DNA of 64,000 nt from assembly GCA_000004985.1 (NCBI GenBank), contig GG738847.1, one strand, 5' to 3'. A program made the position numbers and the translations under genes. A model generated the notes under the pieces. It ran no database searches. It worked only from the letters and a program-made list of their open reading frames with translations, and was not told the DNA's origin. Each line of letters opens with the position of its first letter. Within the stretch, counting starts at the first letter, position 1. This DNA comes from Naegleria gruberi. Lineage: Eukaryota. Below, one piece after another: positions 41,157 to 52,263 of this stretch.

Positions 41157-41244
41157 TGTTAATAATAAACACAAAATATTGCACAAAGTTAATAGTTGCA
41201 ATATATAAATAATAATAGTTAATTTTTCCAAAGCCTTTTAAAAA

Positions 41245-44177
41245 ATGAAGTCAGCAACAATAACATCATCTTCGCTGTTGATGATGGCAACTTTGCTTTT
41301 CATAATAATATCAAGTGCAAGTGCCATCCTACAAAGTGAAGCCAATACATTTGATTGGATGAAGGAAAATGTAGGAAGAGTAAAATTGGTAGAATCTGGA
41401 TTTTCCAACAAGGCTCTTTCTGTTGTAGCCACAAACAAGGCTGTTTTGGCAGGTTTGAGTATTAGAACAGGCGAGTTAAGTATGTACAAAATTATTTATT
41501 GAATAGTAGAATCAACACACTTACTATGAAAATTGTTATTTAAAATAGTTTGGAGAAGAGTTTTTAATGATGATGAAAATATTGACAGATTATATTCAAT
41601 CGGGAATGATAAAATAGCATCTCTTTCATCTTCATCATCCAAGAGATATGTTAGAGTATGGAATGCTTTAGATGGTAGTCTTTTATATGATATTAATTCC
41701 CTCTCATCTTCATCAGATATTTTGTCTTTAGGAGAAAAGGTAATCATCTCTACAGGAAGTACCCTCCTTTTGAAGGATATCAAGACTGGAGCTGAAAAGT
41801 GGAAGGTATCCTCATCAAACGAAAGGTAAGTATACATTCCGGATAGTGTTAGTAATTTATTGTTAAAAGGGTTGTCTTTGCCAAGTTAGTTTTGCTCGAA
41901 AAGAATGTCAATGCTATTCAAGCTGAATTGAGTGCAGATAGTAATACTATTTCAAAACTTGTTGTAAAGGCTTTAAATACTGATAGTGGAGCTTTGACTG
42001 TGAAGAGTACCATTGATTTGTCATCTTTCTCTCTCACTGTTGAAAGTTTGAATGATTATACTGGTGAACAAGTTATTTTCAAAACAACAAACAAACTTAT
42101 TTATTTCAATGTGAATACTTCTGAATCTAAGGAGGAAGACATTTCTCAACCAGAAAAGATTTCATCATCCACAAATTTGGACGGAACTACTTATCATGCT
42201 TCTATTCAAGAACAAACAGCTACAACTATTAAGATCGTTGTTAAAAAAGCTAATGATGTTTTAGTACAATATGATGCTCCATTGGACATTAAAAAGCACG
42301 GAAAGGCTCAATCTATTTTCTTCCAATTATTCAAGAATTTGGAAAGTAATAACAATCAATTGATTCATAGATTTATTGTAGTTACTGAGGATGATTCTAT
42401 TATTGGATTTAAAGAAAATCAACAACTTTGGAAGAGAGAAGAATCACTTGCTTCTGTTGATGAAATTAAATTTGTTGAATTCCCAGTTCATCACACTGTT
42501 AAATCAGGTAATGGCGTTGCTAGTTTTGGAAACAGAATTTCAACTCAAATTGTTCAAGCTACTGACCTTATTCAAAAGGCTATTGATTATGTGAATGCAC
42601 TTTCTGGTAAGAAGAATAATGGCGAGGGTGGAGATGAAAGCCTCAGATTTGTTCAAGATAGACTTGGTTTCCAAAAGCTTGTAATTCTCAAATCCAAGAC
42701 TGGTAAGATTTTGGCTCTTCACACCTCTGATGGCCATCTTGTTTGGTCTCTCTTCATCAAGGGTGAACTTGAGAAACATATTGATACTTCTTCTACTCTT
42801 AAGATTAACCTATTCATTACCAAGGATCAAGTTCTTAAAGATGATATTAAGATTAGATCACAAGCTACCATCATTGTTTCTGACAATAAGAAGAGTGTTG
42901 CCATTGTTATTGATGCTTTGAATGGACAGGTTTTGACAGTCACTCCACTTCCTTATGTATACACTGATGCTGTTTTACTTCCAACTACAAGCGAAGATAG
43001 AGTTCATCCACTTCTTTTGGTGGATACTGAACTTAATGTTCATATCTTCCCAGAAACTAAAGAAATTATCCAAAATGTCAAGTCATTCCCACTCAATATT
43101 CATTTCCACACCAGGGATGCTGCTCAAGGAAAGCTTTCAGGATACATTTGGAATGTCAATCAAACCAAGTTGACTAACACTTGGTCAGTTTCTCTCAACT
43201 CTCCAATAGTTGCTTTCGCATCTCCACAAGCTCTCTTGAATGAGAATATCTATACTGGCATTATTGTAACTGCTTCTGGTAATGTATTGTACAAGTATCT
43301 TAATCCATCCATGTTTGCTGTTGCTACTATTGAAAAGGAAGCTACTGAATATCCAGTTTTGCGTGTTTATGTTATTGACGGTACTACAGGTGAAGTTCTC
43401 CACCAAATTCATAACGAAGATGCTGTTGGACCTGTTAATATGGTTTTGGATGAAAATACTCTTGTTTATCAATATACGAATGCTAAACAAATGAGACACG
43501 AGTTGACCACTGTTGAATTATTTAACAATGGTACTGATTTCCAAAAGAAAGGTTTCGGATCAATTTTAATGGAAAAGTTATTCGGAAGCAAAGAAGCTGG
43601 AGTTTTCACATCATTCGGATATAGTAAGCCAACTTCTAGAAAGAATACTTATATTTTACCATTCGGTGTAAGATCTATTGGCGTTACAAAGACCACTATT
43701 GGTGTCACCAACAAACAATTCATTTGTAAGTATATTTTACTCTGAGAAATCAATTATTAACAATAATTAATAGTGTCCCTTACTAATGACCAAATTTATT
43801 TGGTTGACAAGAAGATAATCGATGCAAGAAGACCAAGAAATCCAACTGCTGCATCAGATGAAATTGCCGAAGGTTTAATGCCATATAACCCATACATTCC
43901 ATTTGTTTCACTCAATGTTCCAACCTATAACAAACCAGTTAGCAGAGTTAAACACATTCAAACTAGTCCATCAATTCTTGAATCAACTACATTGATGGCC
44001 TCCTCTGGATTGGATGTCTTCTTCACTAGGTTGTCACCATCTAAAAAGTTTGACATTCTCAATGAAGATTTCAGTTATGCCATGTTGATCATTTCTACCT
44101 CTGCACTTTTCATTTCAGTTTTTGTTGCCAAATACTTAGCCAACAAGAAGGAGGTCCAATTGAAGTGGAGCATGTAA
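41245..44177 (+). CDS. EMC1: ER membrane protein complex subunit 1 (EMC1), 923 aa. Exons 41245..41479, 41549..41825, 41870..43725, 43774..44177. Introns of 69, 44 and 48 nt.
   Basis: Signal peptide, then ILQSEANTFDWMKENVGRVKLV (compare EMC1 [22 protein letters not shown]), then TGEL|IWRRV. Internal VYVIDGTTGEVLHQIHNEDAVGPVNMVLDENTLVYQYTNAKQMRHELTTVELF matches the EMC1 PQQ-like region. C-terminal FTRLSPSKKFDILNEDFSYAMLIISTSALFISVFVAKYLANKK is the DUF1620/TM end. All splice phases are consistent with the track ORF frames. Confidence 0.8.
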
Positions 44178-44235
44178 AAACACGTATTGTCATTTCGAGT
44201 TGCAATTATATTAATCTATTTAAATATTAAAAAAA

Positions 44236-47200
44236 ATGTTTTTCAATTTCATGTATCCTTTTCTGAGGACATTCTCGGCTAAATCTTCTCTGAAATCACC
44301 TCAACATGTTACTCCTAATTGTAGTAGTGATGCTATCAAACAAGACCTTTCGGAGGAGGATACAATCGAACAATTAATTCGGAACAATATTGAAAACCAA
44401 ACAAAAATCTCTCCTCATACACAACCAATTTTAAACATCAAACAACACCATCACATCCATAGTAATGGCAGTAATAATGGAAATTTATTAATATTTTCGG
44501 ATTTTATTTCGACCTTTTTCAAATCGTTTATCAAGACTTTGATACCCTTGTTCATATCCAAGATTTGTCAACTCTTTCAGACTGTACTTGTAGGATCAAT
44601 ACTCTCATTGATTGATAGTAGAGCAAATAGTGTGTTGATGGATTTATTTAATTTTGATTTGAAACTTGGTGTTTATTGTTTATTACTTTTTGTAAATAGA
44701 ATTTTAATTGGAATTACATTGAGATGGCACTTTAATGTTCAGAGTGTATTTTCACATCAGGTCAGCTTTAATTTATACTCATTGGTATATGAGAGATGTA
44801 TGAAATGTACAATGAGAAGCTCAACTTTGAATTATTCATCAATTTCGAGTGAGATTACACAAATTGAGAGAACAGTTTCTCAAGCCCATAGCTTACTTTC
44901 ACACATATTTCATTTGGTTGGTGCCATGTTAATTATACACTTTCAATATCATAGCACCTTGCTTACAATAGTGTTCATAATAATTTGCATTTTAACAATA
45001 CCTATTAATTTATATTTGCAATCTAAAAATTCGCAATTTACCAACAAGAAGAATGAAAAATCCAATGAAAGGAATGGAACACTTGCTCATTTTCTCAATT
45101 GTTTCAAACAGGTCAAATCATTAGTTTGGGAATCTTACATTTTGGAACGGATTAAACGAATCAGAAGAAATGAATTGGATTATTTATTCAATTTATATTG
45201 GGTGGATAATATTATTAATTGCATCTGGTATATTTTACCATTCACCATTACTTTTATCATTTTATTGGTATCCAAAGTAATGAATCAACCTACGGACGAA
45301 AAGTCAATATTTACAATTTTGGTATTATTGGATGGTATTTCAGTTCCAATTTTCGAGCTTCCTAAATGTTTAAATCAAGTTATCTATGCCAAGCACTGTT
45401 TGGATAGATTGAATAATTTGTTTTCCAATCTTTGTAATAGGTTTGATTCTGAGAAAATTTCTCCAGCTGAATCTCTAGCTCAGAACAAGTTAATTGAAGT
45501 TCATACTGGAACTAAATTGAAAACTCAGGGAAAGACGCAGATCGTTTCACTAATTACAGAATTTATCATCAACTCGGGTGAATGGACTGCACTAAGAGGA
45601 AAGAGTGGTTCTGGAAAGACATCCTTCATTTTCTCAGTGTTAGACTCGTATCAACAACATGGTGATGGAATTATTCGAATGGCTAATGATTTAAAGATTA
45701 TCTACACACCACAAGATCCATTCATTGTGAATGGTACAATACTGGAAAATATTACTTTTGGATTACCTTTGGATGAGGAAATTTATAATAGAGTCCTCAA
45801 AGAATCCCAATTAGTTTTTGATTTGGATCAATGGTGTACTGTTCTAGGAGATGAGGAGGCAAATCAAAAAGTATGTGGCTACTTTGGTAACAATATTTCT
45901 GGTGGACAGAAAGTGAGAGTCAATCTGGCAAGAGGCCTCTACAAGTTCTACTATTCTAAAAAAACTGAACCCCAAGACTGTAAATACTTGCTGATTTTTG
46001 ATGAGATTTTCAATCCATTGGATCCTACTGTAACTACAGTGATTATGGAATCATTTAGGAGAAAATTGAAGAATTTGAGTGATACCTCTGTTCTATTTTC
46101 CATAAGTGACTCAAGATATGATTCCTATTTGGACAGAGTCTATGATATTGTCGAAGGAAACATTAGTGAGGGCATCTTGAATGCACACCATGAAGATCTC
46201 ACTGAAAGAGAATTTTCCTCTCCAAAAAAAGAGAAACGCTTTGTAAGAGTATCAAGTAATTTATCAGAATTATCTACTCAATCACAATCTGAAGATGGTA
46301 TACAAGAGAGAATGTTTTCACCATTTGAAATTGCCAAATTCTATCTCACCTCAAAAAGTAGTATTTACACACTTGGTCCAACGTTATTTTTTTTAATAGT
46401 TTCACAAATTTTCAAATCCTCTACCAATTCCCTGTTTGGATTTTTCAATGATTATCTATATTTATTTGTTTTACTTGGATGTTTGAGGGTGGTTGTGGAA
46501 TTATGCCTTGGATACTTTTGGGGAATTAAATGCTACAAAACCAGTAGCATGATTCACAATCATGCTCTCAATAAGGTTATGCACGTTCCACTGAGCTATT
46601 TTGTAAATTCGAGCTCTAATCATTCAGAAAAGAAAGATAGATATGGAGATGTTATTGAAAGATTTTCAACCAATATGAACACACTTGACAGATCGATACC
46701 ATGGCTTTTGAAGGAGGCTTCTCAGAAATGGTTAGAGTGTTTGGGTTCTCTCATCACATTGCTCTTGTACATTGCTGGGGCCAGTTTTTGGGTGGTTTTA
46801 TTTTCACTTATTATTACAATAGTAATTATTGTTGAGTCGAGAAGATATTATCATCTCTACTCGAAAACAAAAGATGAATTGTCCCTCATACTTTCTGATA
46901 AGAGAGCATTAATGTCTCAATTGTTTATGGAGTCCACTCATCCAACAGCTCTCATCATGATTCAGAGCTATAATCAAGTCGATTATTTTAATAGGAAATT
47001 CAGACAGTCAGTTTCCAGCACATTGAACGTATCATATGCCTTTAACACTTGCACTGATTGGATTGGTGTAAGATTGGAGTGTTTAATTTCTCTACTATTA
47101 TTCATACCATTCATGTATTTGGTACAAGCTGTTTGTGAGGATAGCTGTCAAGACGCGAACAAGCAGAACTTGCATTATGCAGGTATTTTGCTCACAACTT

Positions 47201-48105
47201 GTATTGAATTTTTCAATAGATTTTTATGGACACTTGTGGTTTCAACAAGAGTCGAATCTGAACTACCATTCATTGGTAAAATTATCAGCTATATTCATTT
47301 GAAAACAGAGGATGAGGAGCAACACAGTGAAAAAGTCATGCCCTCTTCAGCTACTTGTCAATCTTTGGAATTGGAATCTGTATCGTGTAAAAATATCCTG
47401 AATAGTGTCTCTTTCAGGATTAACCCATGTGAAATGACTGGTATTATTGGAAGAACTGGATCAGGGAAGAGTTTTGCACTCTCATGCATTCACAGATATT
47501 GGTATCCTATTGAGGGATCCATTTACCTTGATGGAAGAGATATTTTCAATTACGATACAGATACTTACAGAAATTGTGTTTCAATGATCCCTCAAGATAC
47601 AAGTTTCATGATTGGATCAACACTGAGGGAACATTTCGATGAGAATAATTATTTTACCGATAATGAAATATTGGAAGAGATTGAAAAATTCCAAATTGTC
47701 ACATCAAGTATCAATCTCAATAAGATAATTAATAAGGAAGAGGATTTGAAAATTGAAAAACCAATAATTTACGTTATCAGAGCTATTCTCCTTGTATCTA
47801 AACTTTCTCTCGAACATTCCAAGAGACCCAAGATTTTACTTTTAGATGAAATTACCTCAAACTTGGACAATCAAAACACACAAAATATTGTTGATAGTGT
47901 CAAGAGAATGAATAGAGAATATGGGTTAACAGTTGTGTGGGTAACACATCAATTGAGTTGTTTGAAAGCTTGTGATAATTTACTTTGTTTTGATTCTGGA
48001 AGAGTGATTGAAGAAGGAAAAGTGGAACAATTATTGAATAATCCAATATCGAATAGTTATTCCTTGTTCAGAATGAATAATTACAATACTAATAATACAA
48101 ATTAA
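44236..48105 (+). CDS. ABC transporter, full-size ABCC-like (TMD-NBD-TMD-NBD), 1289 aa
   Basis: NBD1: Walker A GKSGSGKTS, signature ISGGQKVRVNLARGLY, Walker B LLIFDEIF. NBD2: Walker A GRTGSGKSF, Walker B ILLLDEITSNLD, with a degenerate signature. There are two clusters of hydrophobic helices. Confidence 0.85.
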   Translation: MFFNFMYPFLRTFSAKSSLKSPQHVTPNCSSDAIKQDLSEEDTIEQLIRNNIENQTKISPHTQPILNIKQHHHIHSNGSNNGNLLIFSDFISTFFKSFIKTLIPLFISKICQLFQTVLVGSILSLIDSRANSVLMDLFNFDLKLGVYCLLLFVNRILIGITLRWHFNVQSVFSHQVSFNLYSLVYERCMKCTMRSSTLNYSSISSEITQIERTVSQAHSLLSHIFHLVGAMLIIHFQYHSTLLTIVFIIICILTIPINLYLQSKNSQFTNKKNEKSNERNGTLAHFLNCFKQVKSLVWESYILERIKRIRRNELDYLFNLYWVDNIINCIWYILPFTITFIILLVSKVMNQPTDEKSIFTILVLLDGISVPIFELPKCLNQVIYAKHCLDRLNNLFSNLCNRFDSEKISPAESLAQNKLIEVHTGTKLKTQGKTQIVSLITEFIINSGEWTALRGKSGSGKTSFIFSVLDSYQQHGDGIIRMANDLKIIYTPQDPFIVNGTILENITFGLPLDEEIYNRVLKESQLVFDLDQWCTVLGDEEANQKVCGYFGNNISGGQKVRVNLARGLYKFYYSKKTEPQDCKYLLIFDEIFNPLDPTVTTVIMESFRRKLKNLSDTSVLFSISDSRYDSYLDRVYDIVEGNISEGILNAHHEDLTEREFSSPKKEKRFVRVSSNLSELSTQSQSEDGIQERMFSPFEIAKFYLTSKSSIYTLGPTLFFLIVSQIFKSSTNSLFGFFNDYLYLFVLLGCLRVVVELCLGYFWGIKCYKTSSMIHNHALNKVMHVPLSYFVNSSSNHSEKKDRYGDVIERFSTNMNTLDRSIPWLLKEASQKWLECLGSLITLLLYIAGASFWVVLFSLIITIVIIVESRRYYHLYSKTKDELSLILSDKRALMSQLFMESTHPTALIMIQSYNQVDYFNRKFRQSVSSTLNVSYAFNTCTDWIGVRLECLISLLLFIPFMYLVQAVCEDSCQDANKQNLHYAGILLTTCIEFFNRFLWTLVVSTRVESELPFIGKIISYIHLKTEDEEQHSEKVMPSSATCQSLELESVSCKNILNSVSFRINPCEMTGIIGRTGSGKSFALSCIHRYWYPIEGSIYLDGRDIFNYDTDTYRNCVSMIPQDTSFMIGSTLREHFDENNYFTDNEILEEIEKFQIVTSSINLNKIINKEEDLKIEKPIIYVIRAILLVSKLSLEHSKRPKILLLDEITSNLDNQNTQNIVDSVKRMNREYGLTVVWVTHQLSCLKACDNLLCFDSGRVIEEGKVEQLLNNPISNSYSLFRMNNYNTNNTN

Positions 48106-49079
48106 TCTGAGGAGGAATCACTTAAATCCGAATCATCTGAAATATCTGAGAAGGTTTCTTGCTTTTTTCTCGTGTGCTTGAGCTTAGTAGCAGAGGAATG
48201 ATTTAAGAGTTTTCTATTACCTTGATTATTACTGTTAGTTGATTTCTTTGACTTTCGGAAGAGTTTCAATCGAGTGATAAACTTTTGGGCCAATTTGGAG
48301 TTTTTCAATTTCATGCAATCTCTTGCTACAACAATTAACACAACAACAATGCAAAAACTCAATACGAAAACTGAAGTTGGATCGGAGAGGAATGTATAAT
48401 CATATTTTGTTGGATAGAGTTTTGAATTGACACAGTACCTTCTCGATTTTCTGTTATCCTTAGTTCGAGTGAAAATTGGTTTTGATTGAATGTAGGTGTA
48501 GTCATCGGGAGAAATTGGTGTATACTCAATTCCATCCTGGCATACCTGACACACTCCATGGATACATTGCAGACCATCAAATCCACACAGATTTTTCAGA
48601 CTAAGATAAGTGAAAGGATGCTCAATTTTGGTGCAAGTCTCTCCAACCAGAGGATGCAAGGAAAGAGGTTTACAGGTTCCATCCTCTGTGCAATAATCTC
48701 CAATGGGACATTGATAGTTATTCAGAAGGGATGCGTCTTGTGGATCTTCGCAAACTCGTCCTATAGCTGTCTGCTTACAAATGTTAATTTTATAATTACT
48801 GATAATGCTAGAGTACAAAAGAGTAGTTGGAATACATTCACCACACACAAAAGTGGTACTGTTTGGATAATAAAATACACTATTGATAGGACATCCCCTA
48901 TTGAAAGATGCCAGGTCATTCCTTAATGCAATACTTGACTCTATGATTCCATTACAAGATCCTGATTTTATTCCTCCACTATATATACATGATGATGATA
49001 AAACAAAACAATCATTATGAATCCACAGCACAACTATTGAAAGAAGAAAAACCAATGAACGATCAAGCCCAATGGACAT
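48102..49079 (-). CDS. Cysteine-rich type-I membrane protein (signal peptide, Cys-rich ectodomain, one TM, K-rich/acidic-Ser tail), 325 aa
   Basis: ATG start. There are about 30 Cys in the ectodomain, the TM is VFVLSFCIVVVLIVV, and the C-terminus is SDISDDSDLSDSSSD. The 3' end overlaps the ABC gene stop by 4 nt. Confidence 0.6.
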   Translation of the reverse strand: MSIGLDRSLVFLLSIVVLWIHNDCFVLSSSCIYSGGIKSGSCNGIIESSIALRNDLASFNRGCPINSVFYYPNSTTFVCGECIPTTLLYSSIISNYKINICKQTAIGRVCEDPQDASLLNNYQCPIGDYCTEDGTCKPLSLHPLVGETCTKIEHPFTYLSLKNLCGFDGLQCIHGVCQVCQDGIEYTPISPDDYTYIQSKPIFTRTKDNRKSRRYCVNSKLYPTKYDYTFLSDPTSVFVLSFCIVVVLIVVARDCMKLKNSKLAQKFITRLKLFRKSKKSTNSNNQGNRKLLNHSSATKLKHTRKKQETFSDISDDSDLSDSSSD

Positions 49080-49154
49080 GTTTTTTTAAGGTAATTTCCT
49101 TTTATATTTTACAATTTATTTAGCTGGTAACTAGTTGTTATTATTACAAGAGTC

Positions 49155-51932
49155 TTATTCAGATATCTCTACCACTTCCTTAGGTGGAGATTTAGGATTA
49201 TCATCAGTGTTGTTGCTTAGAGGCTTTTTCAACTTTGCTTGTAGTTCCAGAATGTTTGAAAGTCTCGTCTCAATATCGTCACATGTTTCCTTTTGTTCAT
49301 GCAACATTTTAGCAATCTTTTTTAGATTGTTTGGATCTGATGGTGTAGAGTTGAGTGCATCGGCAGCATTTTCGAAAGCGACTGTTATAGCATGAATATT
49401 TGTTTTGGTTGACTTGATATGCTCGTCCGAATTTTCTACAAATTGTTTGAGTAAAGATAGCTCATCATTCACCTCCTTGAGCTTGGACTCATAGTCTCCT
49501 CTGACCTTTCTATTGTCCATCTCTGTATTTTTCTTCAGCTCTGCATTGACAACTTCCAACAAACTAGCTCTGTTGCTGAGTTCTTCATGCTGTTGTTGGA
49601 TCTTTTTGTAATCCTCAAGAGCCTTCTTCTCGCGTTCCAAGTCCTGTTGAGCACATAAAAGCTCATATTTGACGTCATCCATTTCCTTTGTAAAGGTGCT
49701 CTTGTCAGATAAAGCAAGACTTAGCTTTCTTTCTAGTTCTTTGTACAGATCAGCTCTTCTTTCAGGATCATTATCCTTATATAAATCAATCTCGTCATTT
49801 AAAATATCAATCCTAGCTTGCAAAGATCCAATAATATGATCCTTTTGCTCAAGGTGAGCATTACCTTGTTGGTATTTGCACTTGATTTCTTCGTATTTGT
49901 TGGAAAATTCAGTATTCAAGTCTGACAACTTTGCATTTTCTTCCATAAGAGTTTTGAGTTCCTTTTGAAGCTTATTGGCATTGTCTTTGTGTTGGTTGTT
50001 TGTGGCCTTGTATTTAGTGAGGAGTCTCTTGTATTTGTCAATTTGTTCGGCTTGGGAATTTTGAGTGTTTTCTAATGCTCTCTTGATTAAGAGATCATGA
50101 TTCTCTTGTTCCAGCATCTCTATTCTTTCAAATTGTTCCTTGATTATATTGTGAACTCTTTCCAAATCAATTTGAGATCCTTCTTTTTCTTCAGTCATTT
50201 GCTTTGCTTGTTTGTCAATAATTCTTTGGAGTTCCGTCTTTTCTTGATTCCAACCATTCTTCATTGCATCAATATTCTTCTTTTCTTCTCTTAATGAAGC
50301 GATTTCATCGTGTTCTCTATTAAATTTATCTTGAAGTTCCTCGTAAAGTTTTTGGAGAGCTTCCAATTTTTCATCTAGTTCTTGGGTTGTTCTATCCTTC
50401 ACTCGAATAGATTCCTCAAGTATTGTTACATTCTTTTCTAAATCAACTTCAATCCTATCCTTATGTTCAATTTCTCTTGAGGCTTGTTCGTATTTTTCTT
50501 TCCACAGGATGTTTTCTTGGCTTTCTTCAAGAGCTTTGATAAGGTTTATCTGCTCCTTTTCCAAACGATCAAACCTTTCTTTCCATAATTTAATATCATA
50601 TTCGAGTTTATCTGCAAGTTTTGTTTTTTCCTCAATGGATGATTCTAGTGTACAATTATGATCAGTCAAAGATTTGATTTGTGATTCCAACAATGAAAAA
50701 TGTTTCTTTTGACTATCAATTAACCTAGATCTGTCTGACTCGAGTTGTCTTACCAGTACAGTTAATTTGTGGTTTTCCTTTTCCAAGTCTGATTGAGACT
50801 CAGAAGTGGTACTCCTTTCAGAAATTACCTTAAGAGCCTCTGCTAGCTCTTCTCTATGTCTATCCTCTAATTGTTTTAATAGGATGTTTACTTCCTTTTC
50901 AACACTCTCCAAATTATCCTTATATTGCTTCTTGTTTTGTTCGATCTGCAAGAGCAAGGATTCAATTTCATTCTCTCTTGTCTTTTCTAAAATCAAGAAT
51001 TGATCATTGAAATTGATAAGCATAGCTCTCTTTTCTTCTAACATCTTGAGACATTTATCACATTCTTTCTTCTCCTGGTCTGTAGCTGCTGTTTTTGGTA
51101 ACTCCAAGGGTGGGATTTGTACTACTGCTGTTGATGATTGGGATGTATTCGAAGTAAAAGGGCTACTATTTGTTGTTGATGGTGTTGAGGGTGGTGTTGA
51201 CATTATTGCTGTGAATTCTTGTTGGCCAATATCTGTCTCCACCTCCTTATCTTTAACTTCCTTATTTTCAATGTGATGCTTTTGTTGGAGTGCCTTGTAT
51301 TTGGTCTGATATTCAGACACAAAGCTCTTCATTTGATTTGTATAATTTTGTTCAGTATCCTTATAGTATCTTTCCAATTCTTCAACAGATGAAATATATT
51401 TTGCCTTCATCTCATCAATAATGTGAATATATTGTTGGACTTGTTGTTTTGCAAAAGGGAGAGGAACATAAATTTCATCGTTCATCGTAACCACATTCTG
51501 AGTTCCTTCCAGCTCTATGAGTGGTTTTGTATTGGCAATATCCTGTAAACCTTTTGTTAAATCATCTGATGATGGTCTTGTTAGGGTTGATACACTTCTG
51601 GCACTTGAAGATCTTCGGGCAAAGCTTTTTCTTCTTGTTCTTCCCTCAGCAGGAGAGGAGGCTGAAGTTTTAGGTCCACTATTAATTAAAGCTTGTTTCC
51701 TCAAATCTTGTTCCTCACCAACACTTCTTGGGCTTATTTGAGGGCTTCCCGAGTGAAGAGGAGTTTCAAGATGAGTATTCTCACTATTAAAAGCATCTCT
51801 CAGAAAAGATGGTATTCTTGGTGAATTGAGAGGAGAGCTCTCTCCACCACCAGATAAATATTCTTCATCAGAGAGACCAGAACCACCTCCCTCAGAAGGT
51901 TGTCTAGCAAACCATGAACTGATAAAACTCAT
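49155..51932 (-). CDS. Long coiled-coil protein, 925 aa
   Basis: ATG start. The Ser/Pro-rich N-terminus is followed by about 700 aa of E/K/L/Q heptad-rich sequence. Confidence 0.65.
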   Translation of the reverse strand: MSFISSWFARQPSEGGGSGLSDEEYLSGGGESSPLNSPRIPSFLRDAFNSENTHLETPLHSGSPQISPRSVGEEQDLRKQALINSGPKTSASSPAEGRTRRKSFARRSSSARSVSTLTRPSSDDLTKGLQDIANTKPLIELEGTQNVVTMNDEIYVPLPFAKQQVQQYIHIIDEMKAKYISSVEELERYYKDTEQNYTNQMKSFVSEYQTKYKALQQKHHIENKEVKDKEVETDIGQQEFTAIMSTPPSTPSTTNSSPFTSNTSQSSTAVVQIPPLELPKTAATDQEKKECDKCLKMLEEKRAMLINFNDQFLILEKTRENEIESLLLQIEQNKKQYKDNLESVEKEVNILLKQLEDRHREELAEALKVISERSTTSESQSDLEKENHKLTVLVRQLESDRSRLIDSQKKHFSLLESQIKSLTDHNCTLESSIEEKTKLADKLEYDIKLWKERFDRLEKEQINLIKALEESQENILWKEKYEQASREIEHKDRIEVDLEKNVTILEESIRVKDRTTQELDEKLEALQKLYEELQDKFNREHDEIASLREEKKNIDAMKNGWNQEKTELQRIIDKQAKQMTEEKEGSQIDLERVHNIIKEQFERIEMLEQENHDLLIKRALENTQNSQAEQIDKYKRLLTKYKATNNQHKDNANKLQKELKTLMEENAKLSDLNTEFSNKYEEIKCKYQQGNAHLEQKDHIIGSLQARIDILNDEIDLYKDNDPERRADLYKELERKLSLALSDKSTFTKEMDDVKYELLCAQQDLEREKKALEDYKKIQQQHEELSNRASLLEVVNAELKKNTEMDNRKVRGDYESKLKEVNDELSLLKQFVENSDEHIKSTKTNIHAITVAFENAADALNSTPSDPNNLKKIAKMLHEQKETCDDIETRLSNILELQAKLKKPLSNNTDDNPKSPPKEVVEISE

Positions 51933-52263
51933 CTTTTCAACAGCTCCCGGGCAAGATATATTAAGCTGTAATCTTAATTTTTTGAAAAATGGGTGGGTAA
52001 TTTAAGAGTAATAATGATCACATATTTTGTACTGGATAGCCAGGACTACTACTGTAGCTGCAATAAAAGCATAAATGACCAGTCACTTTGAATGATGATA
52101 GTTGTAGTGGGCAATAATGTCGATCCATCAATTAATCCACAATGATGACAATTAGTATTGATTGAAGCTCATACCTTCATAGAGTTGAGATTATTGTTGT
52201 TAATCAATTCATATTATGTAATTCTAAAAAATTGAGCAAATATTACAAAAAGTTCCATAGAGT

